From NCBI GenBank assembly GCA_963674595.2, contig CAXXFV010000023.1, forward strand, positions 886,647-950,646: DNA of 64,000 bases, read 5' to 3'. The notes under the pieces are model-generated. The model did not search any database. It was not told the origin of the DNA and saw nothing but the letters and a program-made list of their open reading frames with translations. This DNA comes from a bacterium. Lineage in GTDB: Bacteria; Zhuqueibacterota; Zhuqueibacteria; Residuimicrobiales; Krinioviventaceae. Both the position numbers and the translations under genes were made by a program. Of the stretch, positions 30,551-39,597 are shown piece by piece (the first letter of the stretch is position 1; every line of letters begins with the position of its first letter).

Positions 30551-31438
30551 ATGAGAAGATTAAAAAAATCTATTTTAGTAACGGTTTCATTTGCTTTACT
30601 TTCATCTGTATTTTTCCAGCCCGTACAGGCCAGACCAAAGGTTAAATGCACCGCAAAAACCGCGGTGATTACGATCGATGGAATCAATCAGGAATGGGAG
30701 GGTTCATTAGAAGTAATCGAGGATGAAAACCTGGCCCTGAATGTAATGAGGGATGAACAATTCCTGTACCTCGGTGTTCTTTTCAGCGGCTCCGACCAGC
30801 AGAGGCAGGCCATGATCCAGGGATTGACCGTCTGGTTCGACACCGATGGAGGCAAGGATGAAGATTTCGGAATCAGGTTCCCCAAGGGGCTTATGGATTC
30901 CGACTATATGCAGGAAAACGCCGGAGACGGCAGACCTGACCCCGAAGAGATGGTTCGGGCTGCTGAAGAACAACTGGTCGAAGCCGACTACTTCATGATC
31001 CTTGGACCGAAAAAAGAACAACAAACCCCGGTTGAATTTATGGATGCTGCTGATGTTAATGTCCGGGCCACCCTGGAAGAAGGAGTTCTGTTTTACGAAC
31101 TCAAGATCCCCTTGGCGCGAACCGAGGCACAGCCATTCGGAATTGGTGTCCGTGAAGGCAAAAAACTGGGTATCGGTTTCACAACTCCCAAGATGGAGAG
31201 CCGTCGTCCGCAAATGAGCGGCGGCATGAGCGACCGCGGCGGTATGGGCGGCGGTATGTCAGGCGGTATGGGCGGCGGTATGTCAGGCGGCATGGGCGGT
31301 GGTATGTCAGGCGGCCGTGGCGGCGGTATGGGCGGCGGCCGTGGCGGTAGAGGCGGAGGAATGGACCGCCCCGAAATGCCGGAGAGACTCAATCTCTGGA
31401 TACAGGTTGAGGATATCGACAAGGCGCTGGAGAATTAA
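30551..31438 (+). CDS. Exported hypothetical protein (DOMON/CBM9-like start) with Gly/Met-rich low-complexity tail
   Basis: AGGAG RBS; signal peptide; ITIDG..EW; LYLGV; YELKIPL; GGMGGGMS repeats. Confidence 0.75.
   Translation: MRRLKKSILVTVSFALLSSVFFQPVQARPKVKCTAKTAVITIDGINQEWEGSLEVIEDENLALNVMRDEQFLYLGVLFSGSDQQRQAMIQGLTVWFDTDGGKDEDFGIRFPKGLMDSDYMQENAGDGRPDPEEMVRAAEEQLVEADYFMILGPKKEQQTPVEFMDAADVNVRATLEEGVLFYELKIPLARTEAQPFGIGVREGKKLGIGFTTPKMESRRPQMSGGMSDRGGMGGGMSGGMGGGMSGGMGGGMSGGRGGGMGGGRGGRGGGMDRPEMPERLNLWIQVEDIDKALEN
31238..31356 (+). repeat. 24-bp coding tandem repeat (GGMGGGMS)n
   Basis: ggcggtatgggcggcggtatgtca repeated about 3 times, then degenerate GGRGGG units. Confidence 0.8.
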
Positions 31439-31473
31439 CCGTATCCCTTCTAAACAAACAGCAGAAACAAAAT

Positions 31474-31507
31474 CTAATCCTTCCGTGTTGTAACACGGGA
31501 GGATTAG
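31474..31507. terminator. 16-bp stem hairpin after the 30551-31438 gene
   Basis: ctaatccttccgtgtt-gt-aacacgggaggattag. Confidence 0.55.
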
Positions 31508-31625
31508 CCGATTCCTCCACAAAAAACAGCATGGGGATAATTCTTCGATAAGAACTCTGAAGTTGGATTTCGGATATAAGATGTGAGATGTTCGAACTGA
31601 ACTTCACAAATCACCTATTTAACAT

Positions 31626-31744
31626 CTAACTTGAAACTTGGGATGGTTCAGGAAGAGCGATAATCTGGCAACTCATTTGTTTTGCTATATTTTTCAGGCA
31701 GGAGAAGTGTTTTATTGGAACCTTTATTCAAACGCCGGAGGCGT
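31626..31744 (+). repeat. ~119-bp imperfect direct repeat, left copy
   Basis: ctaacttgaaacttggg...tttttcaggcaggagaagtgtttt.ttggaacctttattcaa.cgc.ggaggcgt, also at 32611-32729. Confidence 0.85.
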
Positions 31745-32588
31745 GGCCTCTAATAGCCCCAGGTGGATCCCGGGCCGAAGGCTCGGGAGAACCTGGGGTT
31801 TAGATTCATAACAACACAACCCAAGCCCTGGAAGGGCGGCAGAAGAGCCAGCAATATCAGCCCTTCAAGTATCTCTCATCATATGGAATTCTGTGTTTAT
31901 CGAGAAATTGTTTTAATTCTTCCTCAAAATTTATCTTTTTGTGATGATAGCGCTGATTCGTGATGTAGTTTTGCACCTGATCGACCTTTGAATTGCTAAC
32001 CGAAAATGCCGCATAACCATTCTGCCAGGCGAAGCCTCTTTTAACCCGGATATTTTTCCTCACCCAGTTTGTTGACGATGATTTAATTTTCCTGACAACT
32101 TCAGGGATAGTCAGGTTTTTGCTAATTGATGTCAATAAAAGGATATGCTCAGGTATACCTCCGGCAGTAAGTAATTTACAGTCGATCCTTTTCAAGATGC
32201 CTCCAATATAGTAATAAAGGTCTTTCTCCCATGATGTACCGATCCAGTTATCTCTGGATTTTGTACTGAAAATTACGTGTTGTAGATTCTGCGTAAAAGA
32301 CTGAGTCATTGATCCCCTCTTACTCAACAACGTATGAGGTGAGGAAATAACGATATTTCGGAGAATCATGTCGCTCTTCCAGAGCTGGAAAAGGTTGGGA
32401 GGTATCTCCATACCCCAGGCTCCTCCGAACCTTCGGTTCGTCGTCAACTGGGGCTATTAGCGGACACGCCTCCGGCGTTATATGCCGGGTCCGAAATCCA
32501 AATGATGAAGATAGTCAAAATCGGTCCCTGGCCGCGTAAATATCCTTGGTCCGGACTTTTCACTCCCCATAGTTTCTCCCCTGCATGA
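31732..32588 (-). mobile_element. IS200/IS605-type (RAYT-like) element, copy 2, bracketed by inverted hairpin-rich units
   Basis: Inverted units at 31732-31837 and ~32372-32479 (ACGCCGGAGGCGT..TAATAGCCCCAG..CCGAAGG..CCTGGGGT..GCYCTGGAAGRGC) flank tnpA. Confidence 0.85.
31857..32309 (-). CDS. tnpA: IS200/IS605 family Y1 transposase, HUH motif mutated (EHIL), probably inactive
   Basis: Same protein as 14312-14764 apart from 6 residues, including DHIH to EHIL. Confidence 0.88.
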   Translation of the reverse strand: MTQSFTQNLQHVIFSTKSRDNWIGTSWEKDLYYYIGGILKRIDCKLLTAGGIPEHILLLTSISKNLTIPEVVRKIKSSSTNWVRKNIRVKRGFAWQNGYAAFSVSNSKVDQVQNYITNQRYHHKKINFEEELKQFLDKHRIPYDERYLKG

Positions 32589-32610
32589 CCCGGTGAGGCC
32601 GGAGGCCGGA

Positions 32611-32729
32611 CTAACTTGAAACTTGGGTAGTTTCAGAAAAAGCCATTAGTCAGCAACTCATCTGGTTTGCTGCATTTTTCAGGCAGGAGAAGTGTTTTGT
32701 TGGAACCTTTATTCAAGCGCAGGAGGCGT
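32611..32729 (+). repeat. ~119-bp imperfect direct repeat, right copy
   Basis: Matches 31626-31744. Confidence 0.85.
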
Positions 32730-33083
32730 TAGTTGCCGATTCCGGATTCTAAATAACGATGATTACAACATCAGGTCCTCTGACCTCACATCTATCCCGG
32801 GGTAAATTCTTCTTTCCCCCAAGTTTCTTCCCTGCATGATCCGCCCATGGCGACGGCTGGACTCAGTTCTTTCCTGAAAATCAACCATCCCACCTGAACC
32901 TCCTGCTGTATCACCCAACTTCGCACTTCCCCAAGTGCCCTTTCTCCGTCAAACCCATGGAGTTTTTGCCTGCTCTCAAATAGAATGTATGAATTCAGGT
33001 GACCGGAATTAATGATTCCAGGCATAACGAGAACCGGCCGTATTCACAGGAATGAATTGCCTGGATCCAAGGAGGGGAGACCC

Positions 33084-34543
33084 ATGAAGATTAAACTATT
33101 CTTGATGCTGACATTATCCATTTCCCTTAACGCTATCGCCACACCTCTCCAGCTGCACCCGGAGAATCCCCACTACTTCAGCTATCAGGGGAAGCCGCTG
33201 GTCCTCATCGGCTCCGGCGAACACTATGGAGCTGTGCTAAACCTTGATTTCGATTACTCGGTCTACCTGGAAACCATGGAGAGAGAGGGGCAGAACCTCA
33301 CCCGGCTGTTTGTTGGATCCTATGTGGAAAAACCCGGGGCCTTCGGAATTGAGAAGAACACCCTGGCTCCGGCTGAAAACCGCTTTCAGCCTCCCTGGGC
33401 GCGAAGCGATGTTCCCGGATACGCCAATGGTGGAAACAAGTTCGACCTGGACCGATGGAATCCTGACTACTTCGAGAGACTGAAAAATTTTATCGGGAAG
33501 GCTTCCGATCACGGAATATTCGTAGAAGTGGTTTTGTTTTCGTCCATCTATGGGGGGGATAACTGGGGTTACAATCCTTTCCATCCGGCAAATAACATCA
33601 ATGGAATCGAACTGGATAACCGAAAAAACTGTAACACTCTCAATAACGGAAAAATCCTGTCATACCAGGAAAAAATGGTCCGGAAGATTGTCAGGGAATT
33701 AAATCACTTCGACAATATATATTTTGAAATCCAGAATGAACCCTGGCCCGACAACCCGATCCGGCCGGTGTGATCCTGGAGCACCTGCTCGATGATGAGC
33801 TTCCCACTCCCTGGCAGAATGATGTAGTGCTGGCCAGCAACGCATCTTTGGAGTGGCAGGCGAAAATCGCGGAATTTATTGTTGACGAGGAAAAAAACCT
33901 GGGAAGCAAGCATCTCATTGCCCAGAACTACTGCAATTTCCTGCACCCCCTGCGGGATGTGGATGAAAACATTTCAATACTCAATTTTCATTACGCGATC
34001 CCCCAAAGCGTTGATCTCAACCTGGGCTGGAATCGCCCTATTGCCCTGGACGAAACCGGATTCGCCGGTCCCGGGCCCGATGTCTACCGTCGCCAGGCCT
34101 GGAGGTTTATCATGTCCGGCGGCGCGGTGTTCAACGGACTGGATTATTCATTTTATCCCGGATTCGAAAATGGGACTGGAAAACTGACCGGCCCTGGAGG
34201 GGGAGGCCCCGAACTCCGACGGGAACTCGCCGTCTTAAACCAATTTACCGGGAGATTTGACCTGTCAAAAATGCGGCCCGACAAAACAACAGTTATTCAT
34301 AGCCCTGGATTATTTGTATACCTCTTATCCCGGCCCGGTGAACATTATGCCGCCTACCTGGAAGGAGAAGGACCCGCCAAACTTGTCTTAAATATTCCCG
34401 CGGGTGAATACACAGTCCAATGGATAGAAACAAAAAGCGGCAGGGTTTTAAAGGAACAACATCTGGAGCATACGACCGAACTGGCTGAAATAGAATCAAC
34501 CGATTCTGAGGGAGAAATCGCCCTGGATATCCGACGAAATTAG
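33084..34543 (+). CDS. Secreted glycoside-hydrolase-like TIM-barrel protein with C-terminal collagen-binding-like domain; split by a 1-nt frameshift near 33756
   Basis: GGAGG RBS, signal peptide, LHPENPHYF, YFEIQNEP acid/base motif, DETG nucleophile-like motif; adding one C at 33755-33757 gives continuous ...NEPWPDNPDPAGVILEH... Confidence 0.78.
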
Positions 34544-34683
34544 CAATGCACCGCTCCTGGTTAATATCAGGATGCAACTGGAACCAGCTAATCCAGTCCG
34601 AACAGTTCCAGCGGCTATGTCCCGGTTGACGCCGGGACACAAATTATCTAAGGTTCTGCGAAAGATTTAGCTTTACTGTTCAA

Positions 34684-36069
34684 ATGACAGGCCGGCTCCC
34701 CCCAGGAATTGTGAACCGGGTCTGTCTACGGGAATATGAAATGATTATCCGAGGCGGAAGATTACGAGCCCTGTCCACGATAGTTGCGCAAAACCGCCTG
34801 ACAAAAGCCGAAATTCATAATTTTCAAAACAGGCAGCTGCGCAGGCTGGTTACCCGCGCTTACAGCAAGTCAGATTTCTACCGGCAGCTTTTCAAAAGCC
34901 ATGGACTCAAACCGGATGACATCAGGACTGTCAAACACCTTCCGCTTATACCCCTGACTTCCAAGGATGACTTGCGGGGTACTCCCCTTAAAAACGTACT
35001 CACCCTATCAGCCAGACCTGACTGCCTAATCAGGCGTAAAACCAGCGGCTCTTCCGGCAAACCTTTCACAATCTACCGAACCCCTCTTGAGGATCATCTT
35101 CTCAACCTTTTTCGTATCAGGGTGCGCCAGGGCTACGGGATGCGAATTTCAGACAATATAGCAACGATCAGGGAATTAAGACTGGTACAAGACAAGTTCA
35201 GTATTTTGACCTCGGTGAAAAAAGCCCTCAATCTTTACACAACCACAATAATTGACTGCTACAGTGACGACAGCGAAATCATATCCTCGCTTGAATCGAT
35301 ACAGCCTCAAATCATCACAGGATATCCAAGTACCCTGGCCCGGATTGGCTCCATATTTGAAAACCGAAGAAGGATTGGTATCAGTCCCCGTTTTGTTACC
35401 ACGGGCGGGGGAGTTATGACTGCTGCCATGCGTCGGAGAATCGAGGATGGTTTCCAGGTCCCGGTTTTTGATTTATATGGTTCCCATGAATTCAACATCC
35501 TGGCTTGGGAATGCCCTGATCATCACGGATATCATGTCAGTGAAAACAATGTGATCCTGGAAATCCTCAAGGATGGCCAGCCTGCAGGGCCGGGAGAATC
35601 AGGAGAAGTAGTTGCCACAGGCCTCCATACCCTTGCCATGCCATTCATTCGCTACCAGACCGGTGATATCGCCACCAGGGGGCACGAAAACTGTCTCTGC
35701 GGCTCATCATTTTCTACCATTGAAAACATCCAGGGCAGGACCATTGATTATTTCAAATTGGCCGGGGGCAAGGTAATGCATCCTTACGAGATAACCGCTC
35801 ACCTGATAGGCGCGGAGAATTCCTGGATCAGCCAGCACCAGATGGTACAGGAAACCGAAACCGACATCGTTCTGAAAATTAGACCTTGCCTGATTCCTGG
35901 GAATGATGATCTGGTCCGGCTACAGCATCTGGGGCAGGAAAAGCTGGGCCGAAACATCGTATTCAGGGTTGAGCTGGTAAACGATTTCAAGCATCAGGCT
36001 GGTCAAAAATTCAATCCGTATATCAGCCTGGTTAACCAAAATGCGGTTCGAAAGGATTCAGAAGGCTAA
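34684..36069 (+). CDS. Phenylacetate-CoA ligase / CapK-like adenylate-forming enzyme
   Basis: TSGSSGKP, GYPS, YGSHE, MPFIRYQTGD, IQGR. Confidence 0.88.
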   Translation: MTGRLPPGIVNRVCLREYEMIIRGGRLRALSTIVAQNRLTKAEIHNFQNRQLRRLVTRAYSKSDFYRQLFKSHGLKPDDIRTVKHLPLIPLTSKDDLRGTPLKNVLTLSARPDCLIRRKTSGSSGKPFTIYRTPLEDHLLNLFRIRVRQGYGMRISDNIATIRELRLVQDKFSILTSVKKALNLYTTTIIDCYSDDSEIISSLESIQPQIITGYPSTLARIGSIFENRRRIGISPRFVTTGGGVMTAAMRRRIEDGFQVPVFDLYGSHEFNILAWECPDHHGYHVSENNVILEILKDGQPAGPGESGEVVATGLHTLAMPFIRYQTGDIATRGHENCLCGSSFSTIENIQGRTIDYFKLAGGKVMHPYEITAHLIGAENSWISQHQMVQETETDIVLKIRPCLIPGNDDLVRLQHLGQEKLGRNIVFRVELVNDFKHQAGQKFNPYISLVNQNAVRKDSEG

Positions 36070-36071
36070 TC

Positions 36072-37082
36072 ATGGCACCTCCCGGCATAAGAAAAAAATC
36101 ACACAACTGGCTAAGCGAACATTCAGCTAAACCGCCTGTACTTATAATCCATGATCCGGTTGAAGCCGGGGCTTTGGGCCTTATGCCGGACAACAGACCC
36201 CTCTCTGACCTGGAGGACATTTTCCTGTTCAGAGAAAAACCGAATATCAATGAATACTCCAGACAGCACAGGGTCTTTTCAGAGACACTGCGCAGCCACG
36301 CGGAAGCGGTGATCTACCTCAAGCATCTTGTTGGCGATGAGGCATCTTTCAGCCAGGCAGCCGATAATCCGAACCAGGTCTTTACCCGTGATTCAGTGAT
36401 CACCTTTCCCTGGATGCCCGATTTCTATATTCCGGCGAGAATGAAAAAACAGCTGCGGCATCCTGAAGTAGCTGCCATGCAATCAGCTTTAGAAAAGCTG
36501 GGCCTGCGTAAACTTATAGAGCTTCCAGAGGAGATGGTCCTGGAAGGGGGAGATGTTATTCCGTTTTCAGCGGAAGGGGAAAGAGCTTTGTTGATCGGAT
36601 ATGGACCGAGAACCAGTATAGAATCCATCCGTTTCCTGGCCGACAACCTGATACCGGAACACCTGGACCAAATCATCGGAATTGAACTCGCCGGATGGAG
36701 AATGAATCTGGACGGAGGCCTGGTGCCGGTTACTGAGGACGTTGTTTTATCAGACACTCAAAGCATAGCCAGCTCATTTATCCTGGATCAAAACGGCCGC
36801 GGGAAACTTGATATCTTCGGACTCTTCAATGACCTGAAAATTACAGTCATAGAGGTTTCCCGGGAGGAATCAGTCTATTCCCAGGCCTGCAACTGCGTGT
36901 GCCTGGGAGAAAGAAAAATTATCTACTATGATCTCTGCCCCAGGGTAAGCGAAATCCTGCGGGAGAAAGGAATCGCGGTCATTCACGTACCCGGATCTGA
37001 ACTGGTAAAGGGCCGGGGCGGCCCTCGCTGCATGACCAGGCCGGTCTATGCTGAACCTTCTTTTTCCCAGGCTGGTGAGTAG
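36072..37082 (+). CDS. Arginine deiminase / amidinotransferase (pentein) family protein
   Basis: NQVFTRD, LEGGD, GYGPRT, MNLD, SELVKGRGGPRCMTRP. Confidence 0.87.
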   Translation: MAPPGIRKKSHNWLSEHSAKPPVLIIHDPVEAGALGLMPDNRPLSDLEDIFLFREKPNINEYSRQHRVFSETLRSHAEAVIYLKHLVGDEASFSQAADNPNQVFTRDSVITFPWMPDFYIPARMKKQLRHPEVAAMQSALEKLGLRKLIELPEEMVLEGGDVIPFSAEGERALLIGYGPRTSIESIRFLADNLIPEHLDQIIGIELAGWRMNLDGGLVPVTEDVVLSDTQSIASSFILDQNGRGKLDIFGLFNDLKITVIEVSREESVYSQACNCVCLGERKIIYYDLCPRVSEILREKGIAVIHVPGSELVKGRGGPRCMTRPVYAEPSFSQAGE

Positions 37083-37127
37083 GAATATGGGAATAAAAAA
37101 CCAGGCTTCTTGCGTTTGCGTTAGAAT

Positions 37128-37835
37128 TCAGATCCTCACTCTTCGATTGGGTTTAAGACTCTTCAGGTATTCTCTTGCCTTTGGACCACAATTGAAAAGC
37201 AGATCGAGTACGGACAGGTTTCCGTCGTATGATCCCCAGAGTTGAGGATACTGCTTGTAATCATAATTTTTGAATTCAAGTTCTATTCCCTGGCTGTTAA
37301 ATAGTTCCGCATCGGTATATGGTTCGGCCGTCGGACCTGATAAATAAGAACTCGCTCCAACTTCTTCAAGAATTCTCAGGGGGCGACTGCTCTTACATCC
37401 TTGAGAAGAGAATTCAGAGGCATAAACAATTCGGGTTTCAATCTTCAGCTTGCCCATTAACCAAATGATAAGGCAAACATTCAATGATGATAACTCTGCC
37501 CCTGAGGTATTGATAATCTCCCGAAATTCGGGGAAGTAGTCATCAAAATAGGGGCTTTGTCGATAATTCTCAGTAAGCAGGCTGCAATGGCGCCCAGCCC
37601 AGTCGACACTTCGGTCGATTTTCACCTCACTGATCAGCTTGTGTTTTCTTCCATGGATCAGCGGAACCGTCAACCACCGGGTTCCGTGCCTGGTTTTGAT
37701 TCTGTTCCTGTTACGCCACTTCCTCCCCTGGCCGAACTCGACATCATCATAGATAATAAAAAGGTCCACGTCGTCAATCAGATCAAAATAACCCCGCCAG
37801 GGAATGTAGTTGGACTGTATCATTCCGACCTTCAT
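37128..37835 (-). CDS. WbqC family protein (second copy)
   Basis: MIQSNYIPWRGYFDLI, WRNRNRIKT, YLSGP, YPQLWG..LSVLDLLFNCGP. Confidence 0.92.
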   Translation of the reverse strand: MKVGMIQSNYIPWRGYFDLIDDVDLFIIYDDVEFGQGRKWRNRNRIKTRHGTRWLTVPLIHGRKHKLISEVKIDRSVDWAGRHCSLLTENYRQSPYFDDYFPEFREIINTSGAELSSLNVCLIIWLMGKLKIETRIVYASEFSSQGCKSSRPLRILEEVGASSYLSGPTAEPYTDAELFNSQGIELEFKNYDYKQYPQLWGSYDGNLSVLDLLFNCGPKAREYLKSLKPNRRVRI

Positions 37836-39292
37836 TGTCCCAACCCATTTTTCTTCAAGAGCTCAAAGGCCTGCCCGCATAGAAACAGGCTCCAAAGCTG
37901 CCATCCATAGTTCTTCTTCCCATCGAGAGTTTGTCTTACCATGCGCTCACACTCTCTGCAATTGAGATACTGTTGAGAAAAAGCAGAGCTGTCAAATATC
38001 TCTCCTGTAAGATCGCGGCAGGTGAAATCCAGAAAATAGGGTTTGAGATCAAGCCTGAGACCCCTCTTTGGCTGTTCCAGGAGATATTCCGGATAAATAT
38101 CTTTCAGGGCTTCTCGCAACAGCCATTTGCTCTCTCCATCCCTGATCCGGTATTCATCGGGAAGTGCCAGGAGGGAAGCCATGAGATTCGAATCAGCAAA
38201 TGGATTCAGATAGCTGACACCGAAACATTCTGAAAAAGAACTGTCGATGTAGGCCCATGCCTCCCAGACAGTCCAGAGATCATACTGAATTCGCGCCTTC
38301 ATCGACAGGACATGCAGAGAATCGGCAGGCGCATGATGATCGACTCCCCGTGGCGGAACCGGGCCCAGAATCCGATCAATCATTTCAGGGGCCGTCACCC
38401 GGATTCGCTCCTCATGCCTGGCGGGATCAGAATATTCTTCTCCATACCAACCATAACCCCCCAGAACCTCATCAGCTCCCTGCCCGGTTATTATCAGGCT
38501 GCTGCCCCTCCGAGAAATATCCCTATCCATCATGAACCTGACCAGGTGTGAAGGGTGCGCTATGGGAAAACCGATCCCCTCGGATATCAGGGAGCGTCCA
38601 ACGGCGAACACATCGGCATCATGGAAATCGAAAACCTCCAGGTCCAGGTCAAATTCATTCTCCAACTTCCGCACAACTTCAATCTCTGAGCCGGGACCTT
38701 CACCTCTAAGGCTGCAGGTGGCTGTTCGCACCGTGGACTGATGCAGCTGAGACGCCAGCAGCACCAGTGCTGAGGAATCAAGGCCAGCGCTGAGATGAAA
38801 GCAGCTGCGATCCAAAGGAATGTCAGCTAACTGGTAGGCGAGAGATGACCTGAGCCGGGGTACCAGGCTGCACTCACCATCCAAAAGGGCCGGCGTTTCC
38901 AGCGAGGAACTGCAATACCTGCCCTTCTCAAGGACAACTGTTTCGCCGTTTCTGAGACTGAAGATCCCGGCACAGAAAGTATGCCTGGTAAAGGGACACT
39001 GCCTCGCCAGGTATTCTCGAAGGTAGAAAGTATCAGGGAGCAGAGCAATGCCCCGGCGCCCCAACTCCTGAACAAGCTCAAGCCAGGAAGTCGAAGCGGC
39101 AAAAAAAATCTCTGACGAATAGTAAAACAGTGGATTCCTTAACAGTGCAGTCCGCTGCAAAACCAACCGGCCATCCGGCAGTAATTCAATTGAAATGCCG
39201 GAATCTCCGGCATACCAGGCCAAGCCGTCCTTTTCAAAATTGGATTCCTCCGGCTCCCTTTCGCCATACTGATAAAAGAAGTAGGAGTGCAT
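37832..39292 (-). CDS. Asparagine synthetase B-like amidotransferase (synthetase domain intact, glutaminase domain degenerate)
   Basis: LSAGLDSS PP-loop, TGQGADEVLGGY, NPF.D, KWLLREA, PKRG; no N-terminal catalytic Cys; stop overlaps the WbqC start. Confidence 0.83.
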   Translation of the reverse strand: MHSYFFYQYGEREPEESNFEKDGLAWYAGDSGISIELLPDGRLVLQRTALLRNPLFYYSSEIFFAASTSWLELVQELGRRGIALLPDTFYLREYLARQCPFTRHTFCAGIFSLRNGETVVLEKGRYCSSSLETPALLDGECSLVPRLRSSLAYQLADIPLDRSCFHLSAGLDSSALVLLASQLHQSTVRTATCSLRGEGPGSEIEVVRKLENEFDLDLEVFDFHDADVFAVGRSLISEGIGFPIAHPSHLVRFMMDRDISRRGSSLIITGQGADEVLGGYGWYGEEYSDPARHEERIRVTAPEMIDRILGPVPPRGVDHHAPADSLHVLSMKARIQYDLWTVWEAWAYIDSSFSECFGVSYLNPFADSNLMASLLALPDEYRIRDGESKWLLREALKDIYPEYLLEQPKRGLRLDLKPYFLDFTCRDLTGEIFDSSAFSQQYLNCRECERMVRQTLDGKKNYGWQLWSLFLCGQAFELLKKNGLGQ

Positions 39293-39597
39293 TGTTACTT
39301 CCGAATGATTCGTGACTTCTCGCTGAAGCCAATCGATTTCCGCTTACTGGCTTAACTTTGCCTGAATCCAATTATAGAAAAGTTTCATTGATCGTCAACT
39401 CGAAAAATCACAGCGCCGAGCAGTCAATTGAGTAGACACCGGCCATCTCAAAAAGCAGAGCCGGCAAACTCTTGGGGACGCGGATTCCAAAGATTTATCT
39501 CTGCCCCACTGTTAACCGTTGGCGTTTCATAATATATTTACCTGAATCAGAGATCCTGTCTATGGAGAAACGTTGAAAACCTCAAAGCGAGCGGATT

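Noticed and set aside
31238-31356. GC-rich tandem repeat as a non-coding array
   Set aside because: It is an in-frame Gly/Met low-complexity protein tail
37832-39292. Lasso peptide cyclase
   Set aside because: No precursor, B1/RRE or B2 protease nearby; coupling to WbqC favours glycan amidation
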